The notes beneath the pieces were generated by a model. That model did not search any database. It saw only the letters and a list, made by a program, of their open reading frames with translations, and had not been told where the DNA came from. From Candidatus Collierbacteria bacterium (GTDB lineage Bacteria > Patescibacteriota > Microgenomatia > UBA1400 > JACPES01): a stretch of 64,000 nt of DNA. The position numbers were made by a program, and so were the translations under genes. The DNA lies in NCBI GenBank assembly GCA_016183365.1, contig JACPES010000003.1, positions 345,154 through 409,153 of the forward strand, written 5' to 3'. Below are positions 26,493-34,579 of the stretch, one piece after another. The first letter of the stretch is position 1. The number at the start of each line of letters is the position of its first letter.

Positions 26493-27593
26493 ATGATTTT
26501 CACCCTAAATCCAAAAACGCTATTTTTAAATTACAGGCCGGAAATCATCGAAGCTATCGAAAAAGTAATTGATAGCGGAGTTTATTTGATGGGGGAAGAA
26601 CTGGCAGGGTTCGAGAAAGAGTTTGCCGGCTTTTTGGGTGTCAAAAGTGTTATCGGAGTGGGGTCGGGCACAGACGCCATAACTTTGTCCCTTAAGGCTT
26701 TGGGGATTCAAAGCCACGAGGATGTGATTGTTCCGGCCAATGCTTACCCGACTGTTTTCGGGGTAGCCGCCAGCAGGGCTCACGCCAGGCTGTGCGATGT
26801 GGAGGAAGACACTTTGTCCGTATCCGTCAGAACCATTGAACCGGTTCTAACTACCAAAACCAGAGCTATTGTGGTGGTTCATCTTTATGGAATGCCGGTC
26901 GTGATGGATGAAATCATCAGTTTGGCAAAAAGGCTTAATATTTGCGTTATCGAGGATTGCGCCCAAGCGGTCGGAGCTAAAATCGGCAACCGTTATGTCG
27001 GAACTTTCGGCGACATCGCTTGTTTTAGTTTTTACCCGACTAAGAATTTATCCACTATGGGCGATGGCGGAGCGGTGGCTACCAATAACGTCCAAATCGC
27101 CGATAGGATTAGAAGATTAAGGATGTATGGAGAAGACGTCAGATACCACTCGCTGGAACCCTCTACTCATAGCAGGTTGGAAGAAATTCAAGCCGCTATC
27201 TTGAGGATTAAACTTTTAAATTTGAAAGACGATTTAAAAGAAAGACAAGCAATGGGAGGAAAATATCGCATGGTCCTAAACTCTGTTAATTTAATTCCGG
27301 ATATATTACCTAAAAATATAACTCATGGTTATCATTTATTTGTAGTCAAGTCGCAAAACCGGGATCGTTTAAAAGAAAAATTAGAGGCTGCCGGTTTTAT
27401 GTCTTTAATTCATTATCCCCAGCCGATTCATTTTCAGCCGGCATTTCAAAGAATAGGAAATGTAACGTATACGACAAGGCATTTTCCGGTATCGGAAAAT
27501 GCATCCCGACAGATTTTATCTTTGCCATTTTATCCCGGATTGCCGATTGAATCACAGGAGAAGATTTTAGAAACGGTAAATCTATGGATATAA
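26493..27593 (+). CDS. DegT/DnrJ/EryC1/StrS sugar aminotransferase
   Basis: SGTDA, VHLYG, EDCAQA, FSFYPTKNL..GDGG. Confidence 0.93.
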   Translation: MIFTLNPKTLFLNYRPEIIEAIEKVIDSGVYLMGEELAGFEKEFAGFLGVKSVIGVGSGTDAITLSLKALGIQSHEDVIVPANAYPTVFGVAASRAHARLCDVEEDTLSVSVRTIEPVLTTKTRAIVVVHLYGMPVVMDEIISLAKRLNICVIEDCAQAVGAKIGNRYVGTFGDIACFSFYPTKNLSTMGDGGAVATNNVQIADRIRRLRMYGEDVRYHSLEPSTHSRLEEIQAAILRIKLLNLKDDLKERQAMGGKYRMVLNSVNLIPDILPKNITHGYHLFVVKSQNRDRLKEKLEAAGFMSLIHYPQPIHFQPAFQRIGNVTYTTRHFPVSENASRQILSLPFYPGLPIESQEKILETVNLWI

Positions 27594-28333
27594 ATGAATA
27601 TTATCGTTTGGCCAAAGTTGAAGATAACCACTGGTGGTATCGGTCGGTTCATAGGTTAGTGATTGATGAAATAAAAAAAGGCCCAGTCCCGACTAGGTCA
27701 AGGCCAGGCCTTAAAATGCCCATGATACTCGACGTCGGCTGCGGCACCGGCGGTTTAACCGAAAAACTGGCCAGCTTCGGACTTACAGTGGGAGTTGATA
27801 TATCAAATTTGGCGTTGGGATTGAAGCAGCACTCAAAAGCTGAATACATCAACGGGTCGGTAAATAATCTACCGTTTTCCGATAATAGTTTTGATCTTGT
27901 AACCTGTATCAGCGTCTTTTACCATCGTAGGGTTATAGATTCAAAAGCCGCGTCCGAAATATTTAGAGTCCTTGAGAATGATAGTCGAGCCATATTGATA
28001 ATGCCGGCATTCAAATGGGCATTTGGGAGCCATGATGAATCTGTTCACGCGGCCAGAAGATACAGTATGTCCGAAGCTACAGCGTTATGGAAAAATATTG
28101 GTTTCACTGTAATCGCAACCCGTTACATTTTCGGTACGTTGTTTCCGGAATTCGTGATCAAACGGTTGTTGGATAAAATAGGATTGACTGGGAGAAGAGT
28201 CTCAGATTTGACAGAGCTTCCCGGTTGGCTAAACGGAGTTTTTGGACTAGTCTGCCGATTTGAAAATTGGCTTTCAAAATGGGTCCGGTCTCCATTTGGA
28301 AGTTCTTTATATATAGTTGTCGAAAAACCATGA
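27584..28333 (+). CDS. Class I SAM-dependent methyltransferase
   Basis: EDNHWWY, LDVGCGTG, LPFSDNSFD. Confidence 0.9.
   Translation: MDINEYYRLAKVEDNHWWYRSVHRLVIDEIKKGPVPTRSRPGLKMPMILDVGCGTGGLTEKLASFGLTVGVDISNLALGLKQHSKAEYINGSVNNLPFSDNSFDLVTCISVFYHRRVIDSKAASEIFRVLENDSRAILIMPAFKWAFGSHDESVHAARRYSMSEATALWKNIGFTVIATRYIFGTLFPEFVIKRLLDKIGLTGRRVSDLTELPGWLNGVFGLVCRFENWLSKWVRSPFGSSLYIVVEKP
27678..27712. repeat. Degenerate AAGG-N5-CCTT doublet, in frame
   Basis: aaggcccagtcccgac-tag-gtcaaggccaggcctt; right arm matches that of 2572-2606. Confidence 0.7.
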
Positions 28334-28337
28334 ATTT

Positions 28338-28407
28338 CATTGTCATTTCGGCCGTAGAGCCGGAATCTATATCTGTATAGATTTCCGCTTTCGCGGGAAT
28401 GACAATG
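28338..28407. repeat. GTCAT..ATGAC element at gene junction
   Basis: cattgtcatttcggccgtagagccggaatctata..tatagatttccgctttcgcgggaatgacaatg. Confidence 0.85.
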
Positions 28408-29097
28408 GGTATTATCAGAAAGAAAATGAATTTAAAAAATATTTTATTTACTACCCTGAGAAGAAGATTGATAGATGACGATTTGCTTGCCTGGCAACAT
28501 TTATTAAGTGGAAAAGTTTTGGATTTAGGTGGAGGTCGGACGCGGGGGAAATTTCCTCACGGCCGGGAATTAGATTGGACGGTTTTGGATATTGATTTTG
28601 AATTTAAACCGGCGGTAGTTGGCGACGCCCAAATCTTGCCGTTTGCTAACAATTCTTTTGATTCGGTGAAATGCAGCGAGTTGACCGGCTATTTATTTGA
28701 ACCGTTGAAAATGTTGCATGAAGTTAAGAGAGTTTTAAAGCCAAAAGGTGCGGCCGTGTTTACTTCACCATTTTTGACCCCGTTTGATTTTGATCAGCAT
28801 GACAGCACTAGGTTGACTAGCGCGTGGTGGATTTGGGCAGCCGGACGGGCGGGATTTAAAGTCGAAAAAATTAAACCGCAAGGATACATGATGACGGTTT
28901 TGGCCGACGCTGAAAAATATTGGATTAGCCACTGGTGGGGGCCATTTAGGGTATTCGGGTACTTAATAATGATTCCGGTTTATGAATTGTTATTTTGGTG
29001 GGAGCAGCATCTTCCGGTTCCCGATTACTTTAAACGCTTCACTACCGGATTTTTGATTATCTTGAAAAAGAATCAGGCTAAAATTCCAATTAATTAA
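28399..29097 (+). CDS. Class I SAM-dependent methyltransferase (start uncertain, 28399-28426)
   Basis: VLDLGGG, GDAQILPFANNSFD, RVLKPKG. Confidence 0.85.
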   Translation: MTMGIIRKKMNLKNILFTTLRRRLIDDDLLAWQHLLSGKVLDLGGGRTRGKFPHGRELDWTVLDIDFEFKPAVVGDAQILPFANNSFDSVKCSELTGYLFEPLKMLHEVKRVLKPKGAAVFTSPFLTPFDFDQHDSTRLTSAWWIWAAGRAGFKVEKIKPQGYMMTVLADAEKYWISHWWGPFRVFGYLIMIPVYELLFWWEQHLPVPDYFKRFTTGFLIILKKNQAKIPIN

Positions 29098-29122
29098 TTG
29101 ATTAATTAATTGAAAAACTTCG

Positions 29123-30286
29123 ATGAAAAAAGTAGTTTATTTATTTCCGACTAACAGGCAGAAACTGCTGGAAGAAGTCGAGTATGGTATTGCTCCCGAT
29201 AATAATTTATATGGGCTTAATCATTTACAAAAGTTTTTTCAGGTTGACACGTTCGACGGCGCCCAAGTCTCTCTCAATGTCAACCCTAAGCAAACACCGG
29301 TTGTCAGGCAAGAGAGTCGATGGGTTGGTCAAGAGAAGATTAACGTCAAACTTGAAAGAGTTTTAAATCTTCTGTTTTTGCCGTTGGTTTGGTTCTTCAA
29401 TTCACGCTACACCAAACTCAATTTAGGCAGGGTGATATTGGTTTTGCCGCGTTTGTGGCGGGCTGACGCGGTAATTACCTGTGTTGATTCGATTAACAAA
29501 GCGGTGGCCATACTAAAGAAGCTTAATCTTTTTTTTGCCCCACTTATTTGTATGGAAGGGAATGTGATGGATGAAACCGAAAAATTTCCCCGACTGCATC
29601 AATGGTTGTGGTCTGGGGTGGATCAGATTATTACTCATGCGCCGGTGGATCAGGAAAAATTGGTACGTTTGGGATTAGGAGATAGGGGGGTAACAATTCC
29701 GGTAGGATCGGACGGTGATTTTTGGCATACATCTGGATTGCCGCGTCGCTACGCTCCTCGCAATGACGGTCAAACCTTAGTGGTGTCGGTGGGGGCGGAT
29801 AGGGATAGGGATTATCAGACTTTGTTTTTGGCGGCATCACAGCTTAAACAATTAAAATTTTTAGTGTGTTGCGGACAAAAGAGCGTTGAGAGTTTGGAAA
29901 TTCCCGAAAATGTTGAAGTCAGAATTAATGTTTCAGCCTTAGAAACAAGAGAAATATTGTCTAAAGCGGGAATGGTAGTCTTGCCATTACAGGAAACATT
30001 TCGGGCCAGCGGGCAGTTGGCGTTGTTGGACGCGATGCTGATGGAGAAACCGATGATTGTCAGCAAAACCAGAGGCGTGGTTGAGGCGTATGGCTTGGTG
30101 AATATGAATCAAGTAGTGTTGGTGCCGCCGGGAGATGTTAAAAGTCTGGCACAAGCTATTGAACAATTGAAAAGTAACAAAAATTTGAGATGTAGATTGG
30201 GAGTTGCCGGGAAGAAGTTGGCAGTTGGGTATACTACAAAGAAATATGCCGAGAAACTCAAAAAGGTCATTCTCGCCTCAAGTTGA
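29123..30286 (+). CDS. GT4 glycosyltransferase
   Basis: SVGADRDRDYQTL, ASGQLALLDAM..KP. Confidence 0.85.
   Translation: MKKVVYLFPTNRQKLLEEVEYGIAPDNNLYGLNHLQKFFQVDTFDGAQVSLNVNPKQTPVVRQESRWVGQEKINVKLERVLNLLFLPLVWFFNSRYTKLNLGRVILVLPRLWRADAVITCVDSINKAVAILKKLNLFFAPLICMEGNVMDETEKFPRLHQWLWSGVDQIITHAPVDQEKLVRLGLGDRGVTIPVGSDGDFWHTSGLPRRYAPRNDGQTLVVSVGADRDRDYQTLFLAASQLKQLKFLVCCGQKSVESLEIPENVEVRINVSALETREILSKAGMVVLPLQETFRASGQLALLDAMLMEKPMIVSKTRGVVEAYGLVNMNQVVLVPPGDVKSLAQAIEQLKSNKNLRCRLGVAGKKLAVGYTTKKYAEKLKKVILASS
29735..29767 (+). repeat. Right half of a GTCAT..ATGAC element in GT4 linker
   Basis: ggattgccgcgtcgctacgctcctcgcaatgac; a further degenerate palindromic insert is likely at 29242-29327 (ggttgaca..tgtcaacc). 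Confidence 0.85.
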
Positions 30287-30902
30287 TGATCCCAATTATT
30301 TGACAATGTCGTATCTGTCGCGAGAGCGATGGATAAGTTTTTGGTATCAACTGATGGAGGTAACGGAAACAAAACCGGAGTCGGTATTGGAAATCGGACC
30401 TGGGCCGGGAATTGTGATTAGGGCGATTAGGGATTTTGGAGTATTTGGGGTAACGGCAGATGTTGATTTTAGGTTGCGGCCGACGGTGGGAACGGATATT
30501 ACCAAATTGCCGTTTGTGGACAAAGCTTTTGATTGTGTTTTGGCCGCCGAGGTATTGGAACATATTCCGTTTGCTGAAGTTCCTAAAGCCTTGACCGAAA
30601 TATCCAGAGTCTGCCGGAAATCGATGGTTATCACCCTGCCGCATTTTTCGCAATTTTCGCCATCTTTTGCTCTAAAATTTTTTCCATATGTTCCACGCTT
30701 ACAAAAAGCGTTTCCGATTTCTATTTTTCCGCCTAAACATCGATTTGACGGCCAACATTATTGGGAGATTGGAAAAAGAGGGTATCCGATTAGCCGGATA
30801 CGAAATTTGCTGGCAGAAAATACAGGTTTTAGATTGATTAAAGATTATCTGATTGAAGAAAACCCATTTCATCATATGTTTGTATTAAAAAAGAATCAAT
30901 GA
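30246..30902 (+). CDS. Class I SAM-dependent methyltransferase
   Basis: VLEIGPGPG, LPFVDKAFD, EVLEHIPF, HYWEIG. Confidence 0.9.
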   Translation: MPRNSKRSFSPQVDDPNYLTMSYLSRERWISFWYQLMEVTETKPESVLEIGPGPGIVIRAIRDFGVFGVTADVDFRLRPTVGTDITKLPFVDKAFDCVLAAEVLEHIPFAEVPKALTEISRVCRKSMVITLPHFSQFSPSFALKFFPYVPRLQKAFPISIFPPKHRFDGQHYWEIGKRGYPISRIRNLLAENTGFRLIKDYLIEENPFHHMFVLKKNQ

Positions 30903-32134
30903 AACGAATATTAATGTTGACCGATCTTTCAAGTGAAGATTTTACAGCCGGGGATTTTGCCGGGTTAAGCCTGAGGATTTGGTCAATCGCCCGGATTTTA
31001 TGTCAAGCGGTTGAGGTTACCATCGCGACCAAGTCGGGTCAAAATGGAATTGACAAAAATGGAATTAAGTTGATAAAGCTCCCGCGGAGAATTAACTGGA
31101 AGAAACTATGCGACAACTATGATTATGTATATATTCTCCAGAGCAGTCTGTTTCAATCAATTGGTTTTCGATACGCAATTAGCAAAATTAGTAAAAGTAA
31201 ACAGACCATTGTTGATTGCTATACGCCGCTTCTATTTGAAAAATTGACATATATCGATAAATCTCCGGATCAGGACGGAAGAATTTCTGAAGCAACAGAA
31301 ACCATCAGGACCATTTTGTCTACCGGCAGCATTTTTTTGTGCGCCACCGAGCCCCAGATTGATTATTTAAGAGGATATTTGACCCATTGCGGAAATTTTA
31401 ACCCGCCGGTATTTCCGATCAGGACCATGGAAAAATTTGTCCGGGTCAAAAAGAGCAATTGGAATAAAGAATTACTTTGGTTCGGAGGTGTTTATCCATG
31501 GATGGATATTAACCCGGTAATCAGGGCTATATTGAAGTTAAAAACAACAATGCCGGAACTGAATTTTACTGTTTTAGGGCCGAAATTCAGGCAGACGTTG
31601 GGATTCGAGACCGACTGGGAAAATATTTGGTTGAGCTTAAAACAGACCGAGCGAAATAGCTTAAGAGTAATTGATTGGGTTCCGTTTAATCGTTTAAATC
31701 AAGTATTAATTAATTTCAGTTTGGCTGTCAATTGGGCCAAAAGAACTCCCGAAGACCGCTTAGCATACCGGAGCCGTCTTGTTTCTTTGCTATGGCGGGG
31801 AATTCCGCTAGTGACTAACGGGGAAGATGAGATATCAGCACTAGCCGTCAGATTCGGCGCGGCGGTAAAACTTGACATCGAAGCGCAGTTAGCGCCAGCG
31901 ATTAATAAATTGATTAAAAATCAGACCCTGCTTAAAAAAATGTCCGAGAATGCCGGTAAATTGATGGATTTCTTAAAAGCCGAAAACATCAGAACGGAAA
32001 AAGAATTGTTGTCGGTTATTAATTCAATAGATGCTGTTCCTCAAACTTCCTTTTATCCACGTTTACGGGATAAGTTAAAAAGCCGACTTTATAAATCTAA
32101 ATTTTTTTGGGAGGAGGCAGGTGGTAAATTCTGA
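30899..32134 (+). CDS. GT4-like glycosyltransferase
   Basis: AGLSLR, LLWFGGVYPWMD, RLAYRSRL..LWRGIP. Confidence 0.75.
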   Translation: MKRILMLTDLSSEDFTAGDFAGLSLRIWSIARILCQAVEVTIATKSGQNGIDKNGIKLIKLPRRINWKKLCDNYDYVYILQSSLFQSIGFRYAISKISKSKQTIVDCYTPLLFEKLTYIDKSPDQDGRISEATETIRTILSTGSIFLCATEPQIDYLRGYLTHCGNFNPPVFPIRTMEKFVRVKKSNWNKELLWFGGVYPWMDINPVIRAILKLKTTMPELNFTVLGPKFRQTLGFETDWENIWLSLKQTERNSLRVIDWVPFNRLNQVLINFSLAVNWAKRTPEDRLAYRSRLVSLLWRGIPLVTNGEDEISALAVRFGAAVKLDIEAQLAPAINKLIKNQTLLKKMSENAGKLMDFLKAENIRTEKELLSVINSIDAVPQTSFYPRLRDKLKSRLYKSKFFWEEAGGKF

Positions 32135-32819
32135 ATATACCGGGGAGAGGTGGATTCCGGAATTGGCGCCGGAAAATGTCAGCCGGGATCACTTAACCAG
32201 ATATCGTTACGCCAAAAAACGAATTGTGGGAGATTGTGTCTTAGACGTGGCGTGCGGGGTGGGTTTCGGGATGAAAATTTTGTCTCTACCTGGTAAAAAA
32301 ATAGTGGGAATTGACAGTTCTTGGGAAGCGGTTAAACTTGGCCGCGACCGGTATTTATCTGAACGCCAATCAATGATTCAGGCCGACGCCCATTCTTTGC
32401 CGTTTCAATCTGATACATTTAGCACCGTGATTTCATTTGAGACCATTGAGCATTTGCGTCAGCCCGATTACTTGTTGAAGGAAATAAGGCGAACTTTAAT
32501 TCGCGGCGGCCGACTGATTATTTCAACACCGGTCAGGAAACAACGCCAACTTGATCAGTTTCATTTGCGTGAGTTTACGGTTCCCGAATTCATCCGGTTA
32601 GTTTCAAAGTATTTCGCCGTAGAAGAAGTTAAAGGACAGCGATTGATGTTGGCTCCGTGGTTCTGGTTTTTTTCTCTGCCGTGGGTTGATCGACTGAAAA
32701 GGGCGAGTATGATCAAGAATCTCTTTCGACGCCTCTATGGGCGGGATGCAATTTCGCCGCTGCCAAGGTTTCCATTCTGTATTCCAAACTTTATTGTTGT
32801 CATCGCCAGAAAAGAATGA
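32121..32819 (+). CDS. Class I SAM-dependent methyltransferase
   Basis: TGERWIP, HLTRY, VLDVACGVG, SFETIEH. Confidence 0.92.
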   Translation: MVNSEYTGERWIPELAPENVSRDHLTRYRYAKKRIVGDCVLDVACGVGFGMKILSLPGKKIVGIDSSWEAVKLGRDRYLSERQSMIQADAHSLPFQSDTFSTVISFETIEHLRQPDYLLKEIRRTLIRGGRLIISTPVRKQRQLDQFHLREFTVPEFIRLVSKYFAVEEVKGQRLMLAPWFWFFSLPWVDRLKRASMIKNLFRRLYGRDAISPLPRFPFCIPNFIVVIARKE

Positions 32820-34579
32820 AAAACAAATTTATAGTGGCTATTATTGCAGTCGGTATTAGCTTGTTGTTTGGCTTGCCTCACCTATTGATTCCCATGGATT
32901 TGAAGGCGAAAAATGAAAGTTACTTTCCCTTAGATGGTGGAATGGGCTCTCAATCAGCGATTACGATGGAAGAGGTGTATACGTATGTTCCAGAGGTTCA
33001 AGAAATTCTGGAAGGACGATGGATTGTCCATGACACGCAACTTGTGGAATATAAATCCGCGCCATCACCATTTATTGGCGAAACAGCACCAGCGTATCTG
33101 ATGGCCGCTCTCTCGATAGTTAGCGGTTCAGTTGCCAATGCATTTCTCTTGGCCGATTTTTTGTTTCCGCCTCTCACATTTTTACTCGTTTATTTTTTGG
33201 GGAAACAACTAAGTCTTTCGCACCATTTGGCCCTTGTAACATCGTTAACAATGCTGGTGGCTACAGATCTCATTTCGCTTGTTCCTTATCCGAAGCCAGT
33301 ATGGGATATGCTCATAGACCTTTTGAGAAAAGACGATTTTCTATTTTTCTCGAGGAATTTTCATCCGCAAATATCGTTTCCTTTGCTTGTTTTGACTGTA
33401 CTGTTTATCATAAGGGCGCTAAAGAATTTAAAGCCGAAAGAAGCAATTATCGCCGGTGTTGCCGTAGGATTTCAATTTTATACGTACTTATTTAATTGGA
33501 CTGCGCTTGCCCTGTCTTTGATGCTGATCAGTACTTGGACGCTTCTGACGAATAGGCTGTCCTTGTTGAGACAGCTGATTATTGTGGGAGTCTCGGCGCT
33601 AATTATTGGGTTTCCGTATTTTATGACAATGTCTCAATTTCGCGCCCTTCCGAGCGCCGCTAATTTTTTTGAGAAATCATCGCTTCCTCCACGAACCTTT
33701 CTGCCCATAACTGCGAGATTCATCTTATTAATTGTGGCATCGCTTATTATTATTCGAAAAAAGTCTTTGGCGTTAATCATAATAAGCGCTCTCGTTGTGT
33801 CGCCTATTTTGTTAACAGAAATAGCAGTTCTTATACTCGGACAGGATTTGGAAGGGAAACATTGGATCCGGCGCGTTATTATGCCATTCTCAATTTTAAT
33901 CGCAGCGAGTGTATTACAAGCAATCCGTGAGGAATTCGCCGGGCGATATAAAAGGAAAACGCTCGATAAATTTTTTCAATTGGGATACGGCATTGTTATC
34001 ATCCTTGTTCTTCAGTATGGATTACGAGTTCAAATTGCCGCTAGTAAACGATATGCCCCTTCTTATACGGTGGTGCCGGAAAAACAACAAGTAATTAATT
34101 GGATTACTGATCATGTTGGTCGCGACGAAACGATTGCCTCATTAGACACAGGTTTTATAGCGGAAATACCAGCGTTTTCTCAAGCAAACAATGCCATCCC
34201 TATCACGATTCGAAGTGTGGCGTCAACAGATGAATCCCTGGATAGATTTTTGCGAATTGCTGCCATTTACAGAGTCTCTTCCGAAGCGGTAGCAGATTTA
34301 CTTACGCAGGAAGGTTTCATTTCTCGCGTTTTTTACTTCACCGCGATTGATGAGGGTAGAGTGTTTCATTTGCCTCCTCGACACTTGGAGTTAATCTTGT
34401 TACAATACCGAAATATTTTGGAAAATGAAAATGTTTCCACGTTTCCCTATCAATTGGATTATTTAATAGTCGGTCCACTGGAAAGAAAAGTAATGAATAC
34501 TGATTTCAGCGATAGTTTTCATTTCCGAACTGTATTTCGTAACGGTCGTTATCAACTTCTTCGGGTTAATGATGAATAA
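32816..34579 (+). CDS. Multi-pass membrane protein, probable GT-C fold
   Basis: About 12 TM plus soluble C-terminus; paralog of 37722-39647 (PHLLIP, FPPxTFLLV, RxFHP, YTY, LDYL). Confidence 0.6.
   Translation: MKNKFIVAIIAVGISLLFGLPHLLIPMDLKAKNESYFPLDGGMGSQSAITMEEVYTYVPEVQEILEGRWIVHDTQLVEYKSAPSPFIGETAPAYLMAALSIVSGSVANAFLLADFLFPPLTFLLVYFLGKQLSLSHHLALVTSLTMLVATDLISLVPYPKPVWDMLIDLLRKDDFLFFSRNFHPQISFPLLVLTVLFIIRALKNLKPKEAIIAGVAVGFQFYTYLFNWTALALSLMLISTWTLLTNRLSLLRQLIIVGVSALIIGFPYFMTMSQFRALPSAANFFEKSSLPPRTFLPITARFILLIVASLIIIRKKSLALIIISALVVSPILLTEIAVLILGQDLEGKHWIRRVIMPFSILIAASVLQAIREEFAGRYKRKTLDKFFQLGYGIVIILVLQYGLRVQIAASKRYAPSYTVVPEKQQVINWITDHVGRDETIASLDTGFIAEIPAFSQANNAIPITIRSVASTDESLDRFLRIAAIYRVSSEAVADLLTQEGFISRVFYFTAIDEGRVFHLPPRHLELILLQYRNILENENVSTFPYQLDYLIVGPLERKVMNTDFSDSFHFRTVFRNGRYQLLRVNDE

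Noticed and set aside
29088-29113. aattaattaattgattaattaattga low-complexity run
   Set aside because: Short AT-rich duplication with no second copy; too weak to assign a function.
244-29767. Palindromes as a CRISPR array or integron attC sites
   Set aside because: No regular repeat-spacer period, no cas or integrase gene, and most copies lie inside ORFs.
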